Shown here one piece after another: positions 12,625-23,391 of a stretch of 64,000 nt of DNA; positions within the stretch are counted from its first letter, which is position 1, and each line of letters begins with the position of its first letter. This stretch comes from the human T2T-CHM13v2.0 reference genome, Homo sapiens. A model generated the notes under the pieces. It was given only the letters and a program-made list of their open reading frames with translations, had not been told where the DNA came from and made no database searches. The stretch lies in NCBI RefSeq assembly GCF_009914755.1, contig NC_060938.1; one strand, written 5' to 3'. The translations under genes were made by a program, and so were the position numbers.

Positions 12625-13095
12625 CATCAGTCCTCAAACTTTTTGGTTTCAGGAACACTTTACATTTTTAAAAGTTATTGAGGACCCCAAAGAGCTTTTA
12701 TTTATTTGGATTATATCTATCTATATTTATCATATTAAACATTAAAACTGAGAAATTAAAACAAATAAAATAATATATGTTTACATAAATCACATTTTTA
12801 TTTAAAATTATCATTTTTAAGCAGTAAAGTTGGTGAGAACAGTGACATTGTTTTATATTTTTAGGTATGTCTTTAAAGTCTGATTTAATAGAAGAAAACT
12901 CGGTTCTCCTTTCTGCTTCTATGTTTAATTTCTTGTGACATCCCATGTCAAGTAGCCTCTGGGAAACTCAAATTATACTTGTGATAGAATGAAAGTGGAA
13001 AAGTTAAACAAAACCTGTGTCTTTTTATGAAAAGACTTTTGACCTTGCAGAGCCCCTGGAAGAGACTCAGAGACTTCTCAGGGTTCTCTGGCTCA
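12625..13095 (-). mobile_element. hAT Charlie1-family non-autonomous DNA transposon
   Basis: CTCAAACTTTTTGGTTTCAGG...TTATTGAGGACCCCAAAGAGCTTT at one end; TTTTGACCTTGCAGAGCCCCTGGAAGAG at the other. Confidence 0.7.
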
Positions 13096-13499
13096 TGTGT
13101 TCACAGAGTAGACGGTAAGTCCGCAAGAGAAAGCAGTGATTGGCTGTGGGAGGACTTGCTGAGAGGTGGTAGAGAAGAGGTTGGATGTGTAGAAAGTATG
13201 CTCGTTATTTTCATTTCTTTTCCCTTTCCTTTGCCCTCTTGTTGCTGGGATTTCCTCTTTAGATGATCGTATCATAAATTAGAAATAGCATTAATGAACA
13301 TTCTTGATACTGCCTAATGAAAGTTTCTGTTTTGTCTTCCTGAGTCTTGATACATTTCAAGAAGTCTTCTATCTCATTTATTGTTCCCACCGAAATTTGG
13401 AATTTAGGAAGAGTCGATATAGCTATATTTAGATGATTTATCTCCCTGAAGACATTTTGGGATCATTTATAAATCTCTATAAACAATGCTCTGATGTTC

Positions 13500-13806
13500 C
13501 TTTATTTTGTTTAGGGACTGGGTCTTGCCGTGTTGTCTGGAGTGGAGTGGCTCGAGCGTAGCTCACAACACACAATGCAATCAAACTCCTGGGCTCAAAG
13601 TGATCCTTCCACTCAGCCTCCACAGTAGCTAGGTCTGCAGGTGTGGGCCAGCACGCCTAGCTTTTGATTACTATTATTATTTTTGTAGAAATGAGGGTTT
13701 CATTATGCTGCCCAGGCTGGTCTTCCAACTCCTGGCCTCCAGCGATCCTCCTGCCTTCCGCCGTCTGAGGAGCTGAGATTACAGGTGTAAGCCACCATGC
13801 TGGTCC
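13500..13806 (-). mobile_element. AluJ (diverged)
   Basis: Reverse-strand dimeric Alu: AAACTCCTGGGCTCAAAGTGATCC...CCCAGGCTGGTC...GATTACAGGTGTAAGCCACC. Confidence 0.88.
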
Positions 13807-13865
13807 TGATGTCATTTAAATACAAACATGATACTGTATTCCTTGTAGAAAGTGCTACATAAATA

Positions 13866-14157
13866 TAATTTTTTTGAAATAGGGTCTTGCTGTGTCACCC
13901 AGGCTGGAATGCAGTGGTATGATCACACTCACTGCAGCCTTGACCTGCTGGGCTTAAGTGATCCTCCCACCTCGGCCTTCCAAGTAGCTGGGACCTGAGG
14001 TATGAGCCAAGAAGCCCAGAGAATTTTTCAATTTTTGGTAAAGATCGGCGTGTCACTGTGTTGCCCAGGGTGGTCTTGAACTCTTGGGCTCAAGTTACCC
14101 TCCGCCTAGGTCTCCCAAAGTGCTGGGATTACAGGCCTGAACCACTGCACCGGGTCC
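13866..14157 (-). mobile_element. AluJ
   Basis: GGGTCTTGCTGTGTCACCCAGGCTGGAATGCAGTGG...CACTGCAGCCTTGACC...CCCAAAGTGCTGGGATTACAGG. Confidence 0.9.
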
Positions 14158-15532
14158 TAAAAATTTATTCACTTTATTTGTTTGTGCACAAGGTGCTGCT
14201 GTTTCCCTTCTAATAACATGAGACAGCTCACTCAAGAACATCAAGAACACGACATTCTCTAAAAAAAATCATAATAGTTCCTTTTCCATAACTATTAAGT
14301 TTTCAAGATGTTATCAGGTTTATCTCATAGAAAGAATGTGTAAAATTTTTCATGTAGAAACATAATCTTTTAGCAGTGAGTTAGTTAAAAAATTTGGCAT
14401 TGTCAGAATGAAGATTTCCTTTTCCCTGTAATTTTATTTATTATAATTATATTTTTAGTGATATCAATTGCTTTATAAAAACTCATTGCATTATATACTC
14501 AATGACTGTGAAATCGTCTGCTTTGAAGCACAGTGAAGTCATCAATCAGCATACTGGGTCTAACACAGTTCCTTCCATTTTAAGAAAGCTATTTACACTC
14601 CAATTTGCAAGTTGGATTTTACAAAAATTAAAACATTTAGAAAATATACTAACTTTGATTGTTTTAAAAAGTAGTGGATTTTTATGGTAAGGAAACAAAT
14701 TGAAGCTCTGTTTTGGAAAGTGCAGAAAACAAATCAGCATCTTTATAAATAGGTTTTACTGCTGGTTTAGAAATTACCTTATGTGCTTTATAGATGATGG
14801 AAAATGAAATCAGCTGCAGTTAGCAGTGTGCATGCATCGTACTAGTTGTGTCACTTTCAGAAAGATTATGGAATATTGGCAGGTCAGGATTCTCAAAATG
14901 ATAAGTTCTAAGAAGAGGTTAAATGAAAAAGAATTTTGAAAGCAAGGCTAATTGTTTAATATATACATGGACGAGTTATGAGGAAATCCTGGACTGGGAG
15001 CTAGCAGATCTATGTTCTGACTTTTACTAAGTCATTGGCTGCTACAGCAGGCCAAGCAAACATAACTGCCAAGGCTGCCTGGGAGTTGGGTTGATTGGCA
15101 ATTGGCACAGGGAGAGAGGACAATTGCCAGAATAATGGCCAAATAGTCAGGGTTTCATGTTGAGTGAAGCAGGACGTGCATTTGTATCCCAAGGGCAAAA
15201 CTGACGCTAGAATCTGGGCCTCCTGGCTGAATCTGAGTCCACAGTCTGATGAGTAGGATGAAGTAGTCTCAGAAATCCAAGCCAGCCAGAACCCATGAGG
15301 TGTGCTCTGCAGATATTGGCTGGCAAGCTGCATTAAGATGTTTCATTCCATTGAGCAAACATTTCCTTGGTTGGTTAGGTTAGCATCCCACAAGAGCAGA
15401 GACAAATTCTTCAGAATTTGTCCATGAAGCTATAGTCCCAGAGCTTATATTTCAAGGGAGGAGGGAGGAAACAACATCTCAGGATGGTAGGTGATTACAG
15501 CTAAACCGAATTCTGAAAATAAAAGGAACCCT

Positions 15533-15885
15533 ATGTCTTTGTCTGCTCAGGCTGCTTCTACAAACAACTGTAGACTGAGTGGTTTAAACAGCACATACTT
15601 GTTTCTCACAGCTGTGGGAATTCAAAGATTAAAATCTGGGCCAGCAGAGCCAGTGTCTTGTGAAGGCCCTCTTATTGGTTTGCAGGTGTTCTTGTTGTAT
15701 CTTCACATGGCTGAGTGAAGAAGGCTCTAGTCTTCTACTCTTCTTATTAGGATGCTAACCCCATTGTGGGAACTCCATCCTCATCAAAACCAAATTACTT
15801 CCCAAAGGTCCTCCTTCTAATGCCATTCTATTGTTAGAGTTTCAACATGTGCATTTGTTGATGCAAACATGCAGTGCACAGCATC
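15533..15885 (-). mobile_element. MaLR LTR (MLT1A/MST-like)
   Basis: TGTCTTTGTCTGCTCAGGCTGCT...AGACTGAGTGGTTTAAAC...TTACTTCCCAAAGG...GTTTCAACATG. Confidence 0.75.
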
Positions 15886-16184
15886 TTATCTAATCAAGTC
15901 AGTTGTCCCTTGAATAAAATTCTAGCTCCTATAACAAGACTTCAAATTATGACTTGGTTGTTGCCAAAACTATCTATCTGGATTTGCTAGAAATCAAACA
16001 TACTTGAATATTTCCTCTAAAGGTTTTCTCATTCCTACCCTATTGTGTATATTTACAGAATTCTTAAATAATTACATACTCAAGGCTTCTATTAGCTCTG
16101 ACGAGAGCTTCTATTAGCTTTGACTATTGCAAGCAGCTTTATAGCACTGTAGGTAAAAACATGTGCTTTGAAATCATACAATAA

Positions 16185-16410
16185 ATTTATTGAATGCTAA
16201 GCACTTTATAACCACTATTTAATGTTATCATCTTAATAACCTTCATTATTACCTCCATTAAACCCTATTTGTTGGCTACTTATATTATTCTGATTTTGCA
16301 AATCTAAATTTGAGAGGCTTTCCCAATGTCACATAAGTTAATAAGTGGCATAGCTCGGGTTTGAATTAAAGTCTACCTGATTCCAAGATCTATTTACCAT
16401 TGTTCTACAA
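16185..16410 (-). mobile_element. MIR fragment
   Basis: TTTCCCAATGTCACATAAGTTAATAAGTGGCATAGCTCGGGTTTGAA. Confidence 0.6.
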
Positions 16411-17624
16411 TATGTAGTTTTTAGGTCCCTGAGAATGCTAACAGCCTTTCTTTTGAAATCTGCATTATTTCTGGATAGCAGCTTTATTAATACATAACCA
16501 TATTTCAGGCAACAAAATTCTTTGAAATCTTTCATTTCCATTGGGATATAAGGATCAGTTCTGTGGCATTGTCAGCCAGAAAACATCATTTGGAGACTAT
16601 CTTGTACAAGAAGTAGAAGACACAGCTGGGGGCCTGCAGAAGACAGAAAGCTCACAGCTTCTGTCAATACCCCTTTCACTTCCTCCTCAAGGAGATTGAC
16701 CTCTGTGGCTGGTCAAGCTTAAGGATCTTTTATGGACCACAGCTAATGGTGAAATCTTCCTAACTCTAGGTGAAGATTAATGGGCAAGTTGGAGAGTTAA
16801 GGTAGCTTATGGCTGCTCCTTTTAGAAAAAGTCTGTTCATTGCTCTCTTATTTGTGAAACCCCTCTGTTCCCCCAAATGCTTGGTAAGACATGCCTGAAG
16901 ACCAATCCTGTGTCAGTAGACTTCATATCCACTCTCTTCTACCAATCACACAACTACAGACAAATAAGAAAAATAAAGCAAAGCTCAGACACACTCCCCT
17001 GGCACAGAGGCCACTCTCTGGCTGGCTGCTTTTCTCTACCATGCCGCCTCCTGGGCATTTGGCTCTTTCTTAGATCAAACAGAGACATGGGTTTGGGATT
17101 AAAGAGAAGTAGGTGAAAGGGGTCTCTGGCCTGTTTTGGCATTAGACCAAGTAAATAACAGAGTTCTGGCTTAAGCTCAGCTCTGTAGAGCTTTCTCTGT
17201 GTTTGGGGAAAATCTCCGATAGTAATGAAGAGGTATTTTACTGTGCTTCGTTTTCTGTACATATATCTCTTTCTTAGGTATGTTGTGAGGAGATTCGTTC
17301 CCTGGACAAATGCCGTCTTAATCACCTTCATTATTATCAATTTTATTTTATTTTCAGAATTAAAATTTAAATAGACATTCAGGAAACAAGTCTGGTGAGA
17401 GAATTATGTTATGAGGTTAATCTTTCAGCATCTGCCTTAGGGACATTGATTATTTTCCCCCTTGTTTTTCACCAAGCTCCAGGCTTGCAAAAGAATTGTG
17501 ATGTGGTCTGAGGCAAACTTACTGATTGGCTAGTGGTAAGTTAAACCATAACCTGTAGGACCGCTGGGAACCATTGCTTGTCACCGGCCAGAAATCCACT
17601 GTTTGGAGGTGTGCGCTGGGAAGG

Positions 17625-17860
17625 CTATTCATACTTATTGATACATGCTTTGTTCTTGGCACTATGTTAAGTACTGGACACATGAAACAATTTGGAATAT
17701 CGTTACATTCAACCCTCACAATAGTCTGATGTATATGTTATGAGTCCCGTATTAGAAACGAGTAAACAAGATTAGAGGAAGAGAAGTACACAGCTGGAAC
17801 CACACAGGCGGCACTGGGACTGGAAGCAGTTCCATCTCACCCTGGACCACCATTTCTATG
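17625..17860 (-). mobile_element. MIR fragment
   Basis: CATTCAACCCTCACAATAGTCTGATG...ACACAGGCGGCACTGGGACTGGAAGCAG; degenerate. Confidence 0.45.
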
Positions 17861-19629
17861 CTGTGTCTCCACTAGAGGATCCTTTCTTTGGTTCTTCTGA
17901 GTCATTAGTCATCAATAATTTATCTCCAAACTGTAGGTTTCACAGGAGGAGATGCCACTTGAAGGTTCATGGCTTAAAATGGAGATGGAATGTGGAACAT
18001 GGTGGGAAGCACCGGAAGGGGTTTATTGATAAATTTCAAGTACTTTGTGGGGCTCTGAAAGACCGTCTTCAAATTCTTTGTCCTACTACCTCTTTCATAT
18101 TCAAATGTCATGTGGGTATATCTTTTGGGTTAAATTAAGGAAAATATCCATGAAAAGTAAAAAACAAACAAAAAACCCCAAAAGAGTAGAAAGAGGTACT
18201 ATGAAAAATCAACTCAGATTTCTCAGAGTTTTATTAACTCAAAGAAGCCTTGGTCCAGTTGGAAGAAGACAGAATTGATTTTGACAATCTCTAGCAAACC
18301 CTTTAGTGTTCAATGCACTCTAGACCATGAGTACAAAGAAGTTCACTTAATAGGTTCACCAAATTAGTTAGTTTGTGTAGTTCAAAGGGAAACAGACACA
18401 CAGGACTGTGAGGTTTTGACAGCTGCGAAAGGCAAGTCTGGGTCCAGTGAGCCCAGGCAGGCCATGAAGGGGCAGGGCAGGAGAAGGACGGTGCTGGGAG
18501 GCTAGGGAACTGGCCACCTCTGTGCTGGCTGAAGATCACAAAAATCAACACAGCTTTCTGCAAATGCTGCCCGTGCCTGATGGAATTAAACAGAGCTCTG
18601 AGAAAGATAGCACCGGGGCCGAGGATGGGTCCTGAGCTGCCTACAGTCATCAATATCTTGGCCAGTGGCTATGCACTCAGGGGCAATTTGGCTAGCTTTC
18701 TTGATCCACTCCAGAAAACTCGCTTTTGAAGTGGTTTGGAAAGCTCCAAAAGGGAAGTGCTTCATGCTATTGGTATTGCTGCCTAAAAGAAAAGATTCTG
18801 CTTTTCATCAGCTGCTGATTTTTGCTCTCTGTATTTCTCTAGCATCTGTTGCTGGTGGCCCTGGTTATGCTAACAAGTAGATAGTGTAGCTGCAGCAGCA
18901 GAACAGAAAAGACTCTCCTGGATTCTCAGTTCTAGGCTGGCCTGGGAACAGGCTTAGGGATGTTTCAATGTTTGAATGCAGGTGAGCTGGAGATCTGTGG
19001 CAATTCTTTTGACATGAGGCTGGGCATTCTTTATAGCTTCCCCAGACACAGGAATTGGCAGGGCTTGAAAAAGAATCACTGGCAGGAAGTTCATTTTCTT
19101 TATTGCTACCTCCCCAGCCATAAAATTAAAAGCTTTTTACCAAAATAACGTTAGCCATCTCATGGGAGTAGGAGATCATTTCCTTCAGAGTCTTTCCTGA
19201 TTGGAGTCTAGTCCTAGGATGGTTTGAACCGTCCATTTGAATTTGAGGAGCTTTCTAATTGATGCTTCTCATCCCCTCTCCGACCAGTCTTATTTGGTGT
19301 CATCTGCCTTTCCCCTTCCTCCCTACAAAACCTCAGAGTCTTGAAACAAAAATCTTTGTATTGTAAACTTCATCATGTTAATTTCATCAATTCAAACGAA
19401 CCTTCCCTTGTTTGAGTTTCCTCCAACTGTGTGACTTAGGGCTGTTGAACTCTTTCAAATACACAGGAAAATAGAAACCTCTTTTGGTGTCTAGTGATTG
19501 TATAATAAAACATTTTCAGATGCTAATGACATGCTTTGTGCTTTGTTAATGAACGAAATTCCAAGGATATTCCTATTTGAAAGGTTTAAAAATATAATAG
19601 CTGTCATTATATCTAATTCTGTCTACATT

Positions 19630-19780
19630 TCTGGTGTGAAATGAGAAGTCAGGAGCTCTGCCATCTACACAGTGCATGGTTCTACCAGCTATTTCTGTGT
19701 TACTTCAAGCAAATCACTTCTTTTCTGCCTTTTCTTTCTTTTTATGTAAAATGTGGATAACTATCTGTCTCACTGAATTC
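19630..19780 (+). mobile_element. MIR fragment
   Basis: CTGTGTTACTTCAAGCAAATCACTTC...TATGTAAAATGTGGATAA. Confidence 0.45.
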
Positions 19781-20264
19781 ATAGAGTGACTGTATTATGT
19801 ACAACAAAATTTATTGAAAAGCGTAAAGCTCCATAATTAGGTAGAATGTTACCTGTGATTTGTAAGCTTTTTAAATCCTGGGGCAGTGGAGGAAGAATTC
19901 CTCTTACTGTAAAAGGACATCCCTCTAATAATCTCCCTTCTTTTCCTGACTTTTCAGGGATTCTGTTCATTGCTTTTCCATTTGTCATCTGCATCTTCAA
20001 TCTCTCTCCTTCTTGATGCATTCGGTCAGCATTTAAATATAAATTTTTCATGTAAAAAATCTTCTATCTTGGAGGAACCTTAACTTTGACTCTGTGTGTC
20101 TTTCTAGCTATCAAGCCATCTCCTCCTTTCTTGGCAAATTTTTCTCAAGGATTTTCCACATTTACTATCTCCTTTTGCTCATTTGCCTTTCACTCTTTAT
20201 TCAGGTCAGTTTGGCTTTCACTTTCATCAAGCCTATGAAACTGCTTGTGCTAAGGTCACCATAT

Positions 20265-20605
20265 AAGAGTGCTAGTGGCTTCCATCACAAGCTGCCACAG
20301 ATTGAGTGGTTTATCTTCTCACAGCTCTGAAGACTGGAAATCCAGGATGGAATGTCAGCAGGTTTGCCTTCTTCTGAGAACTGCTGCCTTGCAGATGCCT
20401 CCCTTCCTGCTGTGTCCTCAGGCTGTGTTGCCTGTGTCTCAATCTCTTTTTACATGGACACCTGCCATATTGGTTTAGGGTCCACCCATATGGCTTCATT
20501 TGACCTCACTTACCTCTTTGAATGCCTTCTCTAAATCAGTCCCTCTGAGGCAGTGGGGATCAGCTCTTCAACATAGGAATCTGGGGGGACACAATTCAGC
20601 ACCCC
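20265..20605 (-). mobile_element. MaLR LTR (MLT1-type)
   Basis: TTTATCTTCTCACAGCTCTGAAGACTGGAAATCCAGGATG...GGGGGACACAATTCAGC. Confidence 0.78.
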
Positions 20606-20639
20606 CAGAATTGGTGATTCCTAAACATCATGAACACTA

Positions 20640-20660
20640 TTCCTCTTTCTCTTTCTTTCC

Positions 20661-20708
<48 letters not shown>

Positions 20709-20940
20709 TCTCTTTCTTTCTCTCTCTCTTTCTTTCTTTCCTCTTTCTTTCTTTCTCCCTTCCTTCCTTCCTTCCCTCCCTTTCCTTTCCTCGCTCTCCC
20801 TTCATTCTTTCCTTCCCTTTCCTTTCCTTTCCCTTCCCTTCCTTTCCTCGCTCTCCCTTCCTTCTTTCCTTTCCTTTCCTCACTCTTCCTTCCTTCTTTC
20901 CTTCCTTCGTTCTCTCTCTTTCTCCCTTCCTTCCTTCTAT
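20640..20940. repeat. Compound polypyrimidine microsatellite (TTTC)n/(TTCC)n/(CT)n
   Basis: ~300 bp almost purely C/T, directly abutting a reverse L1 3' end. Confidence 0.97.
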
Positions 20941-21062
20941 TTATTTACTTTTGTTTATATAAAATTTATGGGATACATGTGCAATTTTGTTCCATGCATA
21001 GTGGTCAGTTCAAAGCTATTAGGGTATCCATCACCCAAGTAACATATATTGTACATATTATG
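20940..21062 (-). mobile_element. Short LINE-1 3' end (L1MA/L1PB-like)
   Basis: TTTATGGGATACATGTGCAATTTTG...AGGGTATCCATCACCCAAGTAACATATATTGTAC. Confidence 0.75.
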
Positions 21063-21223
21063 TAATATATAAGTCCAATGGGGTCTCAGAAACATTCAGT
21101 AGAGTAGACCCCTGACCTCTTCCTCTAGCTTGAACTATTTTCTTATCAGCTTCTCCCTCTTTGCCCAAACTTTAAATGTTGAAGTTCCTAAATCCTGGGT
21201 CCTCTTCTGTTCTTATTCCATAC

Positions 21224-21440
21224 TAGGCTTGTCCAACCCATGGTCTGTGGGCCATGTGTGGCCCAGGACAGCTTTGAATGCAGCCCAACACAAATTTGTA
21301 AACATTCTTCAAGCATTATAAGATATTTTATGATTTTTTTTAGCTCATCAGCTATTGTTAATATTAGTATATTTTATGTGTGGCCCAAGACAATTCTTCT
21401 TATTTGAATGCAGCCAGGGAAGCCAAAAGATTGGACACAG
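21224..21440 (-). mobile_element. MER30 (hAT)
   Basis: AGGCTTGTCCAACCC...GGCCCAGGACAGCTTTGAATGCAGCCCAACACAAATT...GGGAAGCCAAAAGATTGGACAC. Confidence 0.85.
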
Positions 21441-22299
21441 ACTGCCTACACAGACTCTAGACAAGCTTTTATTAATTACTATGGCTTTAGATACCATTTA
21501 TATGCATATGACTCCTACAGACCTCTCCTCCCAAGCTCCAAAACATTATGTGCACCTGCCATCTTGAAATCTCCCCTTGGATTTTCACAGGCATTCCTAA
21601 AATCAGATTTCAAAACTCTTGAGTTCTGCCCCCACATCTATGCCACTTCCTCAATCATTTCTCTTTTGTTAGTTTATTTCTTTTTCGGCCCTACCATTCT
21701 TCATAAAAATTATCTCCATTTACCCATTTGCTTCTTCCAGAAAGCATCATCATCCTTGATGCTTTCTTCTTCCTGCAACCCCCCTACCATCACAACTTGC
21801 AACCAAGTACTGTTATTTCACCTTCAAAATATGTGCTAAAATTATCCGCTTCTGTCATCTGCATCTTTCACCTGGTGTGCAAACATATACTCCTCTTCCC
21901 AACTTTTTGCCTCTCCAATACCTTCTCTATGGCACACCCAGAGAGGTTTTTCAAAAATTTCAATTAGATCATGTCTCTCCTTCGTTTAAAAATCTTTAAT
22001 GATTTTCTACCCACGAAATAATTCTGCTAGTCTGCAAGCTCTACAGATGCAAGGACTAGGTTTGCCTTATTTATTTCTGTTTATGCAGAGCTTAGCCTTG
22101 CATTTAGTAGGAATTTAACACATTGACCTAGATCTTGTCCACCTTCTCAGCCTCACCTCTCATGGAAGCACTCATAGACCTCAGTCCAGTTACTCTTTTC
22201 TCAGATCCCTGAGCTGGCCTGGTACAGGGCTGCCTTGGCTGTGATGCGTTCACTCCTGATTTGTTGGCTGGTATCTGCTTATATTCTTGCTACTGTAAC

Positions 22300-22440
22300 T
22301 GATGTCCAAGGCAGTCACATAGGCATCCCTGGGAGCTTGCTAGAGCTCAGGCACCACCCTAGATACAATGAATCAGAATCTGCATGTTGACAAGGTCCCC
22401 AGGTGGTTCATATGCACATTCAAGTTTAAGGTGCTTTGCT
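22300..22440. mobile_element. MER5A (hAT) fragment
   Basis: CCTGGGAGCTTGCTAG...TGAATCAGAATCTGCAT...ACAAGGTCCCCAGGTGGTTCATATGCACATTCAAGTTT. Confidence 0.8.
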
Positions 22441-22893
22441 CTGGATCCCAGCCTGAGTGTTAATTCTTTAAAGAGACATTTCCCAACTGGCCAAATCTTA
22501 TTAAGTCATGTGATGGATTCACCCACATGGTCTGTGATACAGAAGGGAAATGGAGTTGAGGTCTATTGATCAGAAGCTGCTCACTTTAGAGTTTTACCTA
22601 AGGGTGATCCTATCAAAAGTTCTGGATTTTGTAGAGAAGCATACAAAGTATGTGAATAGTTTGATTTGAGCAAACTGAAAATTGCCAGTTTCCTTTGCTT
22701 TAACCAATGTTTGCTTTCCCTCTGAAAATCCCTTGTTACAGGACATTAGTTTTAGTTTGCCACATTATGACACGATGGGAATAGTGCACACCAGTGATCC
22801 TCAGTTGGTTTGGGTTTTCAATAGATAATTGATCCATGGTTGTGGCATGCATTGTAGCATGTCCAACTAGAATACCTATTCTTTCAATTACTT

Positions 22894-22942
22894 TCATTAC
22901 TTTCAATGGCAAAACCACAATTACTTTTGCACTAACCTGATA
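22894..22942. mobile_element. MADE1 (Hsmar1-derived MITE), partial
   Basis: CATTACTTTCAATGGCAAAACCACAATTACTTTTGCACTAACCTGATA; one TIR visible. Confidence 0.8.
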
Positions 22943-23391
22943 GCTTTGCTACAAGTCAGTTGTTCAGTTTTCTTTTTTTGTTGTTGTTTGTTTTTATTTT
23001 TGCAAACACTTTAGATACTACATTGTGGATGGATTAGTTTGTGGTTCCTGGGATCTTCTGTGTATTCTGTTGAAGCTCAATAATCACATTACTGCAGACC
23101 TCCAAAATTTTACAAAGGACTGCATAGTGAGTATTCAGCCGATTAAACCACAGCTTATTACTGTGAGAAGAAAGAAAGCACACCAATTAAAAGTAAACAC
23201 TGTTTAAACCTATCTCAATGAATTTCTAAAGTGTCATACATTTATTATATTCTCTACTTGTAATATATTTTGTTGTGTGTATTACCAAGTATTTCAGGAT
23301 TTTATGGGTATAATGTATTCTATTAATTTAACTGGAAACCTTGTAGTTATTCAACAAGCAAACTAAAAGTGTTGGCAGAGACGTAATTTTG

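Larger units (their letters stand above)
20080..22060 (-). mobile_element. Fragmented L2 LINE interrupted by younger elements
   Basis: CT-rich L2-like motifs: AAACTGCTTGTGCTAAGGTCACC (20238), TATGGCTTTAGATACCATTTATATGCATATGACTCC (21480), CACCCAGAGAGG...TTAGATCATGTCTCTCC (21935-21980). Confidence 0.6.

Noticed and set aside
14500-14545. Hairpin ATGACTGTG...CACAGTGAAGTCAT resembling a SECIS or C/D-box RNA
   Set aside because: Helix after AUGA is only ~5 bp versus ~11-12 needed; no host gene or convincing D box. An Infernal/Rfam search would settle it.
20500-21042. 180 aa F/L/S-rich ORF and K/E/R-rich antisense ORF
   Set aside because: Microsatellite translation artefacts.
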